Positions 12,515-24,980 of a stretch of DNA of 64,000 nucleotides are shown here, piece after piece (positions within the stretch are counted from its first letter, which is position 1; the number at the start of each line of letters is the position of its first letter). The position numbers were made by a program, and so were the translations under genes. A model generated the notes under the pieces. That model made no database searches, was not told the origin of the DNA, and worked only from the letters and a program-made list of their open reading frames with translations. The stretch comes from Octopus sinensis (Eukaryota), in assembly GCF_006345805.1 (NCBI RefSeq), contig NC_042999.1, positions 86,986,001 to 87,050,000 on the forward strand, in the 5' to 3' direction.

Positions 12515-12900
12515 AAAATGTAAGCACAACAGACCTGATATAGTGATTTGGGATAGAGAAGAGAAACTGTGTACAGTTGTGGAAATTAGCTGCCCAGCTG
12601 ATGTTGACATAAAGCTGAAGATCGGTGAAAAAGAGAACACCTATGCTGAACTATTGAGAAATCTGCATTTACTCTATCCAGGTTACAAGTTCAGGTTTAT
12701 TACCTGTAATTATTGGGGCCCTGCGATATACAACACACTGCCTAAATACCTATCTTGAGAAACCAGAAAGGAGAAAGCTAATTCAAAGACTACAGATCCA
12801 ATCCATCACTGGAACTGTAAAAATCTGTAAAACTTTCCAGAAGTTTATCATTTAAATATATATGAGCATGTCTAGATACGCAACTATATGCATGAGAATA
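12515..12900 (+). mobile_element. 5'-truncated RLE-type LINE (endonuclease C-terminus plus 3' UTR) running into (CATA)n
   Basis: Encodes HNRPDIVIWDREEKLCTVVEISCPADVDIKLKIGEKENTY (PD..E..K RLE motif), then a frameshift and IQSITGTVKICKTFQKFII*. Confidence 0.82.
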
Positions 12901-12976
12901 CATACATACATACATACATACATACATACATACATACATACATACATACATACATACATACATACATACATACATA

Positions 12977-13645
12977 GGGAGAGTTTACGAAAAAAACAAA
13001 AGACGAAGACAGGTGGTGTATAAAACAAATAGATGTATTAATATTACGCTCTGGAATAGAAAAAGTCTTTTACGTTTCGAGCCTACGCTCTTCTACAGAA
13101 AGGGACACAGAAAAATACATACATACATACATACATACATACATTATTGCCTCATCTTGTCAAATGATAATCGCCTCACAGTAAATAAATAGTAAGACAT
13201 CAGTACGTCATTGGATTTAAGTGACAAAAGCTTGTACAATACTTTTACCAGCATCTCCCTCGCCTCAGTAGATTCCAGTGACAAACATTGCAAGCTGACT
13301 GGTAAATATCTTGCCTGCAAGTTTTGTATCAGAATATTTTCTTCCTAGAAGAGTTGCCTCCCCAACGGCTTTACCAAAAATAAAGGGAGCATCTTCTACC
13401 CTGGGAAAATCTATCTAACCCATAGATGGGACCCCGACAGGGTCTACCGTTTCAGATCAGAACGGTCCTGGGAGTAATAGAAATTAAGGGGTGACTCCAC
13501 GTTCCCCCGTAACTCAAGAATTCCCGAACAGGAACTTCCCACATAAATACATACAAACATACATACATACATACATACCTATTTATATGCCTGCTTTTAT
13601 GATCATACATACATTCATACATACATACATACATACATACATACA

Positions 13646-13676
<31 letters not shown>

Positions 13677-14640
13677 TTATATGCCTGCTTTTATGATCAT
13701 ACATACATACATACATACATACATACCTATTTATATGCCTGCTTTTATGATCATACATACATACATACATACCATACATACATACATACATACATACATA
13801 CATACATAGGGAGAGTTTACGAAAAAAACAAAAGACGAAGACAGGTGGTGTATAAAACAAATAGATGTATTAATATTACGCTCTGGAATAGAAAAAGTCT
13901 TTTACGTTTCGAGCCTACGCTCTTCTACAGAAAGGGACACAGAAAAATACATACATACATACATACATACATACATTATTGCCTCATCTTGTCAAATGAT
14001 AATCGCCTCACAGTAAATAAATAGTAAGACATCAGTACGTCATTGGATTTAAGTGACAAAAGCTTGTACAATACTTTTACCAGCATCTCCCTCGCCTCAG
14101 TAGGTTCCAGTGACAAACATTGCAAGCTGACTGGTAAATATCTTGCCTGCAAGTTTTGTATCAGAATATTTTCTTCCTAGAAGAGTTGCCTCCCCAACGG
14201 CTTTACCAAAAATAAAGGGAGCATCTTCTACCCTGGGAAAATCTATCTAACCCATAGATGGGACCCCGACAGGGTCTACCGTTTCAGATCAGAACGGTCC
14301 TGGGAGTAATAGAAATTAAGGGGTGACTCCACGTTCCCCCGTAACTCAAGAATTCCCGAACAGGAACTTCCCACATAAATACATACAAACATACATACAT
14401 ACATACATACCTATTTATATGCCTGCTTTTATGATCATACATACATTCATACATACATACATACATACATACATACATACATACATAATACATACATACA
14501 TACATATTTATATGCCTGCTTTTATGATCATACATACATACATACATACATACATACCTATTTATATGCCTGCTTTTATGATCATACATACATACATACA
14601 TATACATACATACATACATACATACATACATACATACATA
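12977..14640. repeat. Near-identical tandem duplication of a ~832-bp unit (PLE terminal fragment, (CATA)n, ~400 bp unique sequence, composite CATA array)
   Basis: gggagagtttacgaaaaaaac starts at 12977 and 13809. The units differ by at least one SNP (agattcc vs aggttcc) and in microsatellite length. Confidence 0.92.
13065..13106 (-). ncRNA. Minimal type-I hammerhead-ribozyme-like fold with variant core CUGUAGA (copy 1; identical copy 2 at 13897-13938)
   Basis: Minus strand GTCCCTTT CTGTAGA A GAGC-GTAG-GCTC GAAA C GT A AAAGAC: helix I CUUU/AAAG, 4-bp helix II, loop-less palindromic ACGU helix III, GUA triplet. Activity is not shown. Confidence 0.6.
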
Positions 14641-14736
14641 ACGGGAAGCCTTATGAAAATAAACAAAAGACGAAGGCAGGTGGAATACAAACAAACAATT
14701 GTATTAGTATGGCGCTCAGGAATATAAATAAAACAA

Positions 14737-14775
14737 GTCTTTTACGTTTCGAGCCTACGCTCTTCAACAGAAAGA
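14737..14775 (-). ncRNA. Minimal type-I hammerhead-ribozyme-like fold with variant core CUGUUGA (copy 3, diverged subfamily)
   Basis: Minus strand TCTTT CTGTTGA A GAGC-GTAG-GCTC GAAA C GT A AAAGA; helix I is UCUUU/AAAGA. Confidence 0.6.
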
Positions 14776-15430
14776 TACACAGAAAAGAAACACAGAAAGA
14801 AACAAGGAGAGAAAAAAAATGCGTCAGAAGCTAGCGAATCAACATGGCGACTCAGTGCGAAGGGTTGATATGTCGATCTGCGTTTCATATAGCACAATAT
14901 GTTACGTAAGAAAGCGGGGAGGGTTGTGAATAGTTGTAAAAATGCGTACAAATTACCATGAGAGATAAAAATTAAGTGATGGACCTGCTCCAACGTTCGA
15001 TCCTCACAAGATGATAGGTTAGTAAAAAAGAAAACCAAACTTGCTATCTCCAATTCGGTTTACGTGCTTATCCTCACTTATAATCATGGATGTTGGGTAA
15101 TGAACAACAAACGGCAAAATGGGGCTGCTCCGAAGGATCTTTAGAGAAACGTTATTCGATAAGATGCATAGCTTGGAGATCAGTGAGTCTCACCAAGTTG
15201 AGCCGTGTCGAAGAATATTTACGTTTGCCAATTCCGTATAGACGTTCTTCGGCTTTTGAAACGCCCGTACCACTTGAAACATTGCGTACGACCCATTGCC
15301 TCATCGCCATACGCTGGCCGAAACATGCTCAATGTTTGTTTCTGTAAGAGACTTCCCAAGTTTAACGTAAAATTTCACGTTGGCCCTTTGTTGCCGTCCA
15401 TGATGCCGTACCGTAATTATTATATCATGT

Positions 15431-15830
15431 ACTAGCAGTATCGCCCGGCGTTGCTTGGGTTTGTAAGGAAAATAACTATATAAGCATTTTTAGAGAGTTA
15501 TAGCCAAAAAATAGCAAAAAAATGCATTAAAAATGGAAAAAAAAATTATGGTAATTTTTTTTTTAAATCGTTGACTCATCGTAGACATTTTTAGAGAGTT
15601 ACTTCCCTTATATAATATCGAAAAAATGCATTAAAATGGGGAAAAAATGATGGTAAATTTTTTTTTAAATCGTAGACTCATCGTAGACGCGCGCTAATAC
15701 CCAGAAGGGCTCGATATGAATCACGACTATATGATACCCGGTTTTGGTTAAACCACCGCAAAATGTGGGAGTAGTTAGGAATCTAAATCGTAGAAGACAG
15801 ACACACAACTTGACTTTTATATATAAAGGT
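15431..15830 (-). mobile_element. Non-autonomous Helitron-like element
   Basis: On the minus strand the 5' end is (t/c)ctttatatataaaag and the 3' end is an imperfect GC hairpin (ccaagcaacgccggg) followed by CTAG|T. There is an internal ~80-bp duplication. Confidence 0.7.
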
Positions 15831-16514
15831 TATATATGTAATAATTAAATTATATATTATGCACTTTATTTGTTTTGCTATGGCTGTGATCATCCTGGTC
15901 TGTGAGAAAATTGTCTTGCATGAAACAGGTCTGAGGTGCCACAGAGATCCGGCTCAAATACTTGCAAGAAAGTAATATTCGCTAACGACAATCAGGGTAG
16001 CATGTGATGTGGTTAAACAAGGTGACTGATTGAGTCTACCAGGTGATTGATTAAGTTAGCGAGATTTGAACACATAACACAAACAGCCGGAAGAAATACC
16101 TCCAAGTTTTACTCTTTTTTTTTCCGTTTCTTTGCGCTCTGAATTCAAATTTCCTTAGTTTCGCCTATCTACTGCCTTGAATTGGTATTATTTTGTTTTT
16201 ATCGACCCCCGAATGGCAAAACTGAGCACGCGAGATTTGAACTATGAACATGTAGTGTAACCGGAACAAATGCGGCGAGGTATTTTGTTTCGACTTCATT
16301 CCAACTATCTTGCAACTCTACCAATTCGAAGTTTTGAAATTTTCATTCATTGAACAAATTTAATTGTAGAATTGTTGTTCATAATAAATCGTTCAAACCT
16401 AAGATTTAGTGAAAACTGTATCAAATTATGTTTCAAGCATTATATTAGATAGTTAATTATAATTTTGTGTTTGATTAAAATAGATTATTAAAAGTGTGTG
16501 TGTGTGATTATTAA

Positions 16515-16548
<34 letters not shown>

Positions 16549-16771
16549 ATGAAATTTTTTATTCTTTTACTTGTTTCAGTCATTTAACTGAGGTCATGAT
16601 GGAGCACCGTCTTAAAGGGTTTTAGTCGAAGAAATCAACCCCAGGACTTATTCTTTGTAAGCCTAGTTCTTATTTTAACGAACCGCAAAGTCACGGGGAC
16701 GTAAACAAACCAACATCAGTTGTCAAGTGATGGTGGGGGGGGGACAAACACACACACTAATATATATGTGT

Positions 16772-16840
<69 letters not shown>

Positions 16841-17499
16841 TGTGTGTGTATACAACAGGCTGTTTTTCAGTTTCCGTCTACCAAATCCACTCACAAGGCT
16901 TTGGTCAGCCGGTGGCTATAGTAAAAGACAGGGGCCCGAGGTGCCGCGCAGTGGGACTGAACTCAGAACCAAGTGGTTGGGAAGCAAGCTTCATACCACA
17001 CAGCCACGCTTGTGCCTACTGTTTAACATACGTTACAGTTATTTAGAAATATTCATTATGTGCACTAATATGGATATGTTTTGTATATCAATATTTTTCC
17101 AGACAATAACAGGATTTTTGCGTTCTTGAGACTGAAAAATTTGCAAATATAAGGGAGATAATGATGTTGTATAACGACAAAAATTATATGCAGTTAGCTC
17201 CCTTTAATAACATTTTAGCTGTAGATATTGCGAAATCGCACCCATGAGATTTATTTACATTCTCTGACACTATCATAATACTTCTTTATTGTCATAGTCA
17301 CCTCTTGTAATATTATGATCATCACAACACCTCATATTTTTCTCCTATATTCAACTTCAATACTAAGTGAGAAATTGAATATGAATTTATTGTTACAGCA
17401 TAAATATTCCACATTAAAATATAAGTCCAAAGCAGAAGAAAATATAATTATGAGTGAAGGAAAAAAAAACCATAACAGAACATCAATTCAACACTAAGT

Positions 17500-18260
17500 G
17501 CATCAATCAGACCAACACAATAAGGGCCAACGGAACTTATTGAAGCAAACCAACATGTTTACGGCCTTACCGTGGGCGATGGCAAGGCTAAGGCGTTGGA
17601 ACAGCCATGCACCCTCACGAGCATCACCTGACACCTCGGTAAGGCGAGCCGCCAACGATGATAAATAAGAACTTTGCTGTCTGCGGTTCAGCTCCTCCAA
17701 ACGTCTCAAACGCTACTAGTTGGAAGAAATGTTTCACTGACATATCCCGATACTTTAGGATTTAGTTCCTTTCGACTACGGAAGCAGAGACCCTCCCATT
17801 TACCCCATCATCTAGGGAGTAGGAGGGAGCAAAGGAATAATTGACTGTGGTGTCCCAAAAGAAGCACCTGTCTCTTGCTGGAGAGATAGACCTCTTAAAT
17901 TGCGTGGGTTTTGATTTAGCTCAGACTTCCAAGTGGACAAAAACTGAGAAGGGGTAATGAGCAGGGTGGCTAGTCTAACTCAGAAATGGGCCATGAGAAA
18001 ACTATCCCTGAAAGACATTCACTGAGACTGCAACATCAGTATTTCATTGGCGGTGGCTAGGTGTAGTTCCTGTTAGTTAGACGTGTTTTTCTGCATCTCT
18101 TCTCTTTGACAGAGTTGCAGCCCTGATCAAGAGTAGTTGCGGCAGGGTGTCTGGCACCCAGAGTACCGTCAGATGCTCGCAGTCACCAACCAGTCACGCA
18201 ATGCAGTCAGTGGGTGCTACACAATGACGTAGATACGTAGATGATTAGTGGTAGGAGCGT
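17500..18260 (-). mobile_element. Degraded CRE-like (RLE clade) retrotransposon 3' remnant
   Basis: Minus strand gives LAARLTEVSGDAREGAWLFQRLSLAIAHGKAVNML, resembling the CRE-clade C-terminus LFQRLSIAIQRGNAASVL; a PDTL motif lies upstream. Confidence 0.6.
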
Positions 18261-19511
18261 CAACAGCCGCGGATGAAACTCTGGGCCTTGATGAAAGTCA
18301 ACTGTTGGTCTTTTCTGGAAGATATGATAAAAAAAAAGATTGAGAAAAACAGTAATTCTAATCTGCAATATAGATACAAATTTCTGTTTAGAAAAACAGA
18401 GACTTGTATTTCATAGTTATCGTGAGTATCGAGGTTTAGATTACGCAAATTTGGGGGAAATAATTTAGGTGTTTGCTAAAAATAGTACATCAACTGAAAT
18501 ATCTATTACAAAGTGACCGAAATGCAACATATCTCAGTCCGGCCATATAAAATGGTTTGATATAAACCTTATCAGTTCAGGTTTTATCAGGAACAACAGC
18601 TGAAATCAATTTAGCCAAGTACTTTGCTATGTTGTTGACTCTACCATTGACATCAGCAGATTTTTTTTTCTTGTTATCCTTGCAATATGTCACAGTAAAC
18701 AGCGATATAATAAAACGATTTATACAGTTCAGCGAATTTCCTGGCGCAAGAGTGGAACATTTTTTCAACACTCTTCCCGCAATCAAAAATTAAGGGCTGT
18801 CAATAATTCTGCGTTATGGTTAGTCATACGGTGGGGCAAGCACTATATAAAATGAAATGTCTAGTGTCCAAACAAATGTGCATATCATTTAAATTTGGTT
18901 CTAATTGAAACAGTAAGCTCCAATATTCAAACCAAGTTGGGTTTTTTTTTTGCTTGTGTGTTTTAATTAAAGAAATTCTCCAAAATTCATGAGAAATCAA
19001 GAGTTGTCGAAATCAAATTTAAGAGCAAAAGAGTTTTAAAGTCGAGTTTTGATTTTAAATACAAAACAACTGGTATGCACTGCATTTTCCTTGTGTCTTG
19101 ATTTAAGTAACCTCACACACAAAATAAACATTTACAGTAAGTTTTAAACTATTTGGTATGAGTCACAGTGTCTCTTTTATCTGCTTTAGAACCTGACTTT
19201 AGAATCTGGCTACGCCACAGCACGGATTCTATGCTTTTGAAAGGTCATACAACTCAGCAAATTTTGAACACAGTTCATTAACCCACACCACCATCACGAC
19301 CACCATCACCACCATTGGTTTCTTTGTGAGCATCCCACCCTCATAGGTCCGTGGACCCCAATTTGGGAACTGCTGATATACTGCTTATCACTATTAAGAC
19401 TGTCATTCCAGCATATAAAGATTAGTCATTAAAATATAACAATCTCTCGCTACATGTCTTATAAATACAATTGCATCTATTTCATGATATTCTCATATTT
19501 GTCAGAACATA

Positions 19512-20926
19512 CAAGGGTCGGCTGAAAAGTTTATAAGCTGACCAACATACTCTCAAGGAATGTGACCAAATGAGGTTTATTTTTCAACATAGTCCCACTT
19601 GCGGTTCACACACTTCTTCAATCGGTGTGCAGTGCATTGGTGAAAAAGTCATTAACAGCAGACACGATGTCATTATCACTGCAATACTGGTTACCACCCA
19701 AGTGTTTTTCGATGTTGGAGAACAGATGATAACCAAATGGGGCTAAACCAGGAGAATAAAGAGGGTGATCAACCAGTTCAAATCCACAGTCATGCACAGT
19801 AGCCATCGAAACCAAGGATTTGTGTGTTGGAACTCTGTCCCGATGAAACAAGACCCCTTTCATCAGTTTTCCAGGGCGTTTGGCCTCGACAGCCTTTCGT
19901 AATTGCCTCAGCAAGTTGGCATAGCACTCTCCATTGATGGTGTGGCCCTTTTGAAGCTGGTCAATAAACACAATGCCCTTTGCATCCCAATAAACTGAGA
20001 CCATCACATTCTCTGCAGATGAAATGACCTTGGCCTTCTTTGGAGCAAGTGAAAAAGGATGTTTCCACTACAAGGATTGTCTCTTTGTCTCTGACACAAA
20101 GTGATGAACACAACACTCATCATAGTTTTGGAAACGTTCAACTAGATCTTCTTCAAATAATAGATTTTTACCCGTGATGTGATCAGCTTGGTGCTCTTTT
20201 GAAGAAATGTGTCAAAAGACAGGTCACCCACCGAGCAGAAACCTTCTTCACGCCAAACTCATTCTGCAGAATATTCTCAACTCTCTCACAAGATATGCTA
20301 ATAGTATTGGCTATTTGATTTATAGCCAATCGCATCTCATCCATCAGCATGTGGTGAACATCATCAATGATTCCTTCGGTGGTTTGCAAATGCTGGACAT
20401 CCAGACCTTGGGTCATCTTCATGATTCTCTCTTCCTCTTCTTAAATTCAGTTACCCACTTTTGCACTCTTGATAAAGCTGGAGCATCATCTCCTAATACA
20501 GCAACCATATCAGTATGAATGTCCTTGAGGGCTAAACCCTTTTCCTGCTGGTACTTGATAACACCACGATACCAAATATTGTCCATTTTCAAGAGAAGTC
20601 GCTACTAGTTACCGTATTTTAACGTGTATAAGGAACCCTTTTCTGTCAAAAATTAGGTTAAAAAAATATAGGAGTCTCATATACATGGTTAGTATTATAA
20701 TCCCTTACAAAATCTTTTTCCCAAATTTTAAGCCCCCAAAATTAGGGGTCCTTTATACACGTTAAAATACGGTACTTTTGAAGTGTTCTTTGAACAGTCT
20801 AATGTCAGTTTATTTGGAAAGAAACAATGCAGTTATTAATAAGATTAGAAATTAAGGCATGCAAGATTTCACAATTCTAGTATCACTCCGTTACAGTCAG
20901 CCAATGAACTTTTCAGCCCACCCTCG
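19512..20926 (-). mobile_element. Full-length degenerate mariner transposon
   Basis: TA|caagggtcggctgaaaagtt ... aacttttcagcccaccctcg|TA. Transposase pieces VSARWV, MVSVYWDAKGIVFID and HPLYSPGLAP (the YSPDLAP motif), with stops and frameshifts. Confidence 0.92.
20612..20772. mobile_element. 161-bp Tc1/pogo-type MITE nested in the mariner
   Basis: TA|CCGTATTTTAACGTGTATAA ... TTATACACGTTAAAATACGG|TA: perfect 20-bp TIR with a TA TSD. Confidence 0.9.
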
Positions 20927-21713
20927 TATATTACAACTGGTGCTAACATTGTTGAGATTTTTGTACGCTCTCAGAAAACTAACACCAGTCGATTATGGGT
21001 TGGGGCATGTGTGCTGCGTCGTATCTGTGAGTTTAACTGGAATCAATTGCTTTCCAAGAGGTGGCTTCCATTACATTGACCTGCTTTTGACGCTATTGCT
21101 TGAAGATGAAATGTTTAATGGTGTTCTAACGAACCTTTGGATTTCCAGACATTTTTTTAAAATCCAGAACTGGGCGACAGTAAAACAGAACTTTGGCTGT
21201 CTATCATATCACACACACACACACACACACTCACGCACACACGCACGCACGCATACACGTGCGCACACAGACACACACTAACACGCACACACTAACATGC
21301 ACATACACACAAACATACAGACATGCGCGCTCTGAATCACACACACACACACACACACACACAAGTCCTTGAGCTCCTGGTACTGATTCCAACATACAAG
21401 TGAACAGGGAAACGTAGACGACAACGCCTTAACTAGACTTTAACTCGAAGACCTATAAGCTGATATTACAATACCATCTCTGCTCGGCTATTTCCTTTCA
21501 ACACCTACATGATAATTTCATGTCTAGGAAAAGATAACTGAAAGATTTCTAGAAGTGAACTGTTGTGAATTTGTGTGACACACAGGGAAATATCCAAACC
21601 ATCCACTTGCCACACGCAAAGGTCAAAGCAGAAATAATAGAACCACTTAGAACTACTCAACACTTATAGTAACTTTAATACTCTTGATAAAAGGTTATAC
21701 TGGAATCTGAAAA

Positions 21714-21960
<247 letters not shown>

Positions 21961-22947
21961 CGCGCATGTATTACACTCGTTGAGTGCACTGGACTTCAAT
22001 GTTCACTTGCTTTTTCTCCTGTCACCTGGCATTCAGAGTGCTTCAGCTGAAATACATGGTTACTTAACGACCTCTCGAAAATGTGCATGTATACGTGTCT
22101 GGTCCACGTGTGAGGTCTCTTAAGGGCGCTACTACTAACATAGAATCCTGTACAACCCAATGCATGGTCCAATCGTCGGTGACCAAACCGGTTCCCCTAC
22201 TAGGCTTCCATGGCGAGGAGGATTGCTAGAAATTCTGCAGGGCTAAAAATAGAAGGTAAAAGACCCCTTTCGGTCATGAATGACCATGGTATTGAACCTA
22301 GAAAGTAATCCTTCGAAGCACAAGTCCGGGTAAAGTAGTTCATGAAAAACCAGCAGTCGCCCATGCATACGAATCTCCCCTCTCCTCTCCACCGATGTTA
22401 TCCAAGGGAAAGGCAAAGGCCGATACACCTTAGCACCAGTAACGTCGCAACTAATTTCGACAGCTGAGTGAACTTAAGCAACGTGAAATAAAGAGTCTTG
22501 CTCAAGAACACAATACACAGCCTGGTCCAAAAATCGAAGTTGCTCTTATGATTGTGAACCCGACGCTCAAACCACTGAGTCATGCGCCTTCACAGGACTT
22601 AAAATAAGACTTGTCAAAAGGATGGTGGCACTAGTGTTTACTCAACGACTATCTAGCAACCGCACAGACTAAAAAATTCTCACATTCCTAAGCCTACAAA
22701 CCATATTGGCACTGGCTTGTCTCTGGATCATGTCAGCAGGCTGAAGAGGGCCTGTGAGGTATTGTGCAAGCCGTTTTAGACCTAAAATTTAAGATTCCAC
22801 GGCGTTCATGGAAGCTGAGGAAGCGAACCTGGGGGAAGCTGGCTGTTGGTGCAGTAACCTCATACATGGGCATTGCTGACATTTTGCATGTGCAATGGTC
22901 AGTGATGATCTTCCTGGTTACGAGTGGACAGTCATCATCATAGATGA

Positions 22948-22996
<49 letters not shown>

Positions 22997-23001
22997 TAGA
23001 C

Positions 23002-23072
<71 letters not shown>

Positions 23073-23337
23073 CATGAACCAAAGTATAAAGTGTTATAGA
23101 GTCATTTCAGCCGATCTTACCAATCGGTTTCTCACTGGATATTAGACAAGAGCATGGTTAAGTCACATCACATGTTTTTAAGCTGATTATCCCATTACAC
23201 GTATGTTTGAAATTGAAACGTTGAACAACGAAAGCACTTATATACACAATACGAAAATTTCATTCCAAAAGATTCGTGTCGTTCTGTTTTATAAAAGTTT
23301 TTTTTTTAAATAGTTAAACATTTTTAAGAAATCTTAC

Positions 23338-23384
<47 letters not shown>

Positions 23385-23690
23385 TATCTATCTATCTATA
23401 CGCTGTCGAAGTCGACTCTTGGTTACTCGTTGGATCAGTGTCCTCCAGTCAGTTCTATCCTGGGCCGCTTCTTTCAGACTGGCTATGTCCATTCCGGTAT
23501 CACTCTTGATGGTGTCAAGCCAGCGGGTTCTTGGTCGGCCTCTTCCTCTCTTGCCACTGACCATTCCGAGCATGATGTCCTTCTCCAGGGATTTTCTCCG
23601 TATAGTATGACCGAAATATGCCAGTCTATGCTTGGTGATCCTAGCTTCTAGCGACATTTTCGGCCTGATCTGCTTAAGAACTTCTCCATT
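23385..23690 (-). mobile_element. RTE-clade LINE 3' end
   Basis: Encodes RLAYFGHTIRRKSLEKDIMLGMVSGKRGRGRPRTRWLDTIKSD..AAQDRTDWR, followed by a (TAGA)n tail. Confidence 0.88.
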
Positions 23691-24326
23691 AGCAATACAA
23701 AATATAACCAAAAGACTTACGGAGATGTACTCACATAGCAAGTGATTTGATCTGAGATCGTGTGCTGGAACGAAAACAATTGCAGCGTGGAAGTTTGTAA
23801 GATATTTGCTGGTTTTTTTTTTTTTTCAATTTCTGCAATTTCAACCAATCGATGACGTCCATTGAGTTAAAAAACATTCTGTGCAGTATGAATATGTCCC
23901 TCGTTTAATATGATTTGGTATGGAAACAATGGATCTTTTCAGTTTGAACGGCAGTTTTTAACATAATTTCTAGGTAACTAAAAAATTTTAAACTTCGTAA
24001 GCCATTTAAGAAACACACAAAAGCCGTTCGATTCACTTCAACATTTAAGTTTAATTTGTCAAAATATTTTCGTCGCTAAAATCCGCGACGTGTTCACTGA
24101 CAAAAATCCGTGCTGCATCTCAAAAGACTCCAACTACTCATTCAAATTGGCAAGCATTCTTCTTGTTCTTTTCAGTCAATTAGGATTGTTTACTGAAGTT
24201 GTATTAGAATGATTGGTGTCCTCGTTACCTGTTTCCAAAAAATGCGACGAGCCTGCAGAATTGTTTGCTCGCCAGACAAAATGCTTAGCGGCATTTCGTC
24301 AGGCCTTCATAGTAGAAGTAGCAGTA

Positions 24327-24534
24327 CAGTAATCCTTCACTATATCGCAGTTCACCTATCGCGCTCTCAGTACATCGCAGATTTTTTTCTGGCTAATATA
24401 TGTAAATTTATATCGCGGACTCCTCGGTATATCGCGGGTTTCTACAGCGGATAAGTATTTATATTTTTCTAGATTTTAATTATTTCTGTGGGAGGTTTTG
24501 GAACGTAACACCCGCGATAGTCGAGGGATTAATG
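24327..24534. mobile_element. Tigger/pogo-like MITE
   Basis: TA|cagtaatccttcactatatcgc ... gcgatagtcgagggattaatg|TA. A reverse-oriented fragment lies at ~34470-34640. Confidence 0.75.
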
Positions 24535-24980
24535 TATTTGCTTAATCAAGAGAGTGGCATATCCAAGGATTTACAGGTTTCTTGAGTTTCGGGATTTAGA
24601 GATCTAAGATAAACGATTTGTTGGAACTGTACACACCTACTTAATCGAATAAAGACGTTGCACTTTGATAGCATTCTATCATTAGCACCTTTCAGATTAA
24701 TGGGCCACATCTGATAGATAACGGTTTTTCTCTTATTATTTATCATCCGGTCTTTCCAATGTTGATCTACTTCTAAAGTTAAACATCACGTTTTGAGGTG
24801 AATGCGTCTTTGAGTTTCAAGAAGACAAATGATTTGATATTCATTAAAGTAAATGGGAACTCTTCGTCACATTGCTCATCATCCATTTGCTTACATACGT
24901 CATAATTGGTTAGTTTTTTTTAATTATTTTATTGCAGTCATGAGCAAACTGCAATCCACGGCACTTTCAGAATAGCTTTC

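Noticed and set aside
15294-15334. cattg..GCCA TACGC TGGC C GAAAC ATG..caatg hammerhead-like fold
   Set aside because: The CUGANGA core is not recognisable (CCUCAUCG) and there is a single copy.
18270-18790. Short coding-looking stretches (for example NSDIIKRFIQFSEFPGARVEHFFNTLPAIKN* after a good acceptor)
   Set aside because: No recognisable homology and no consistent upstream exon chain.
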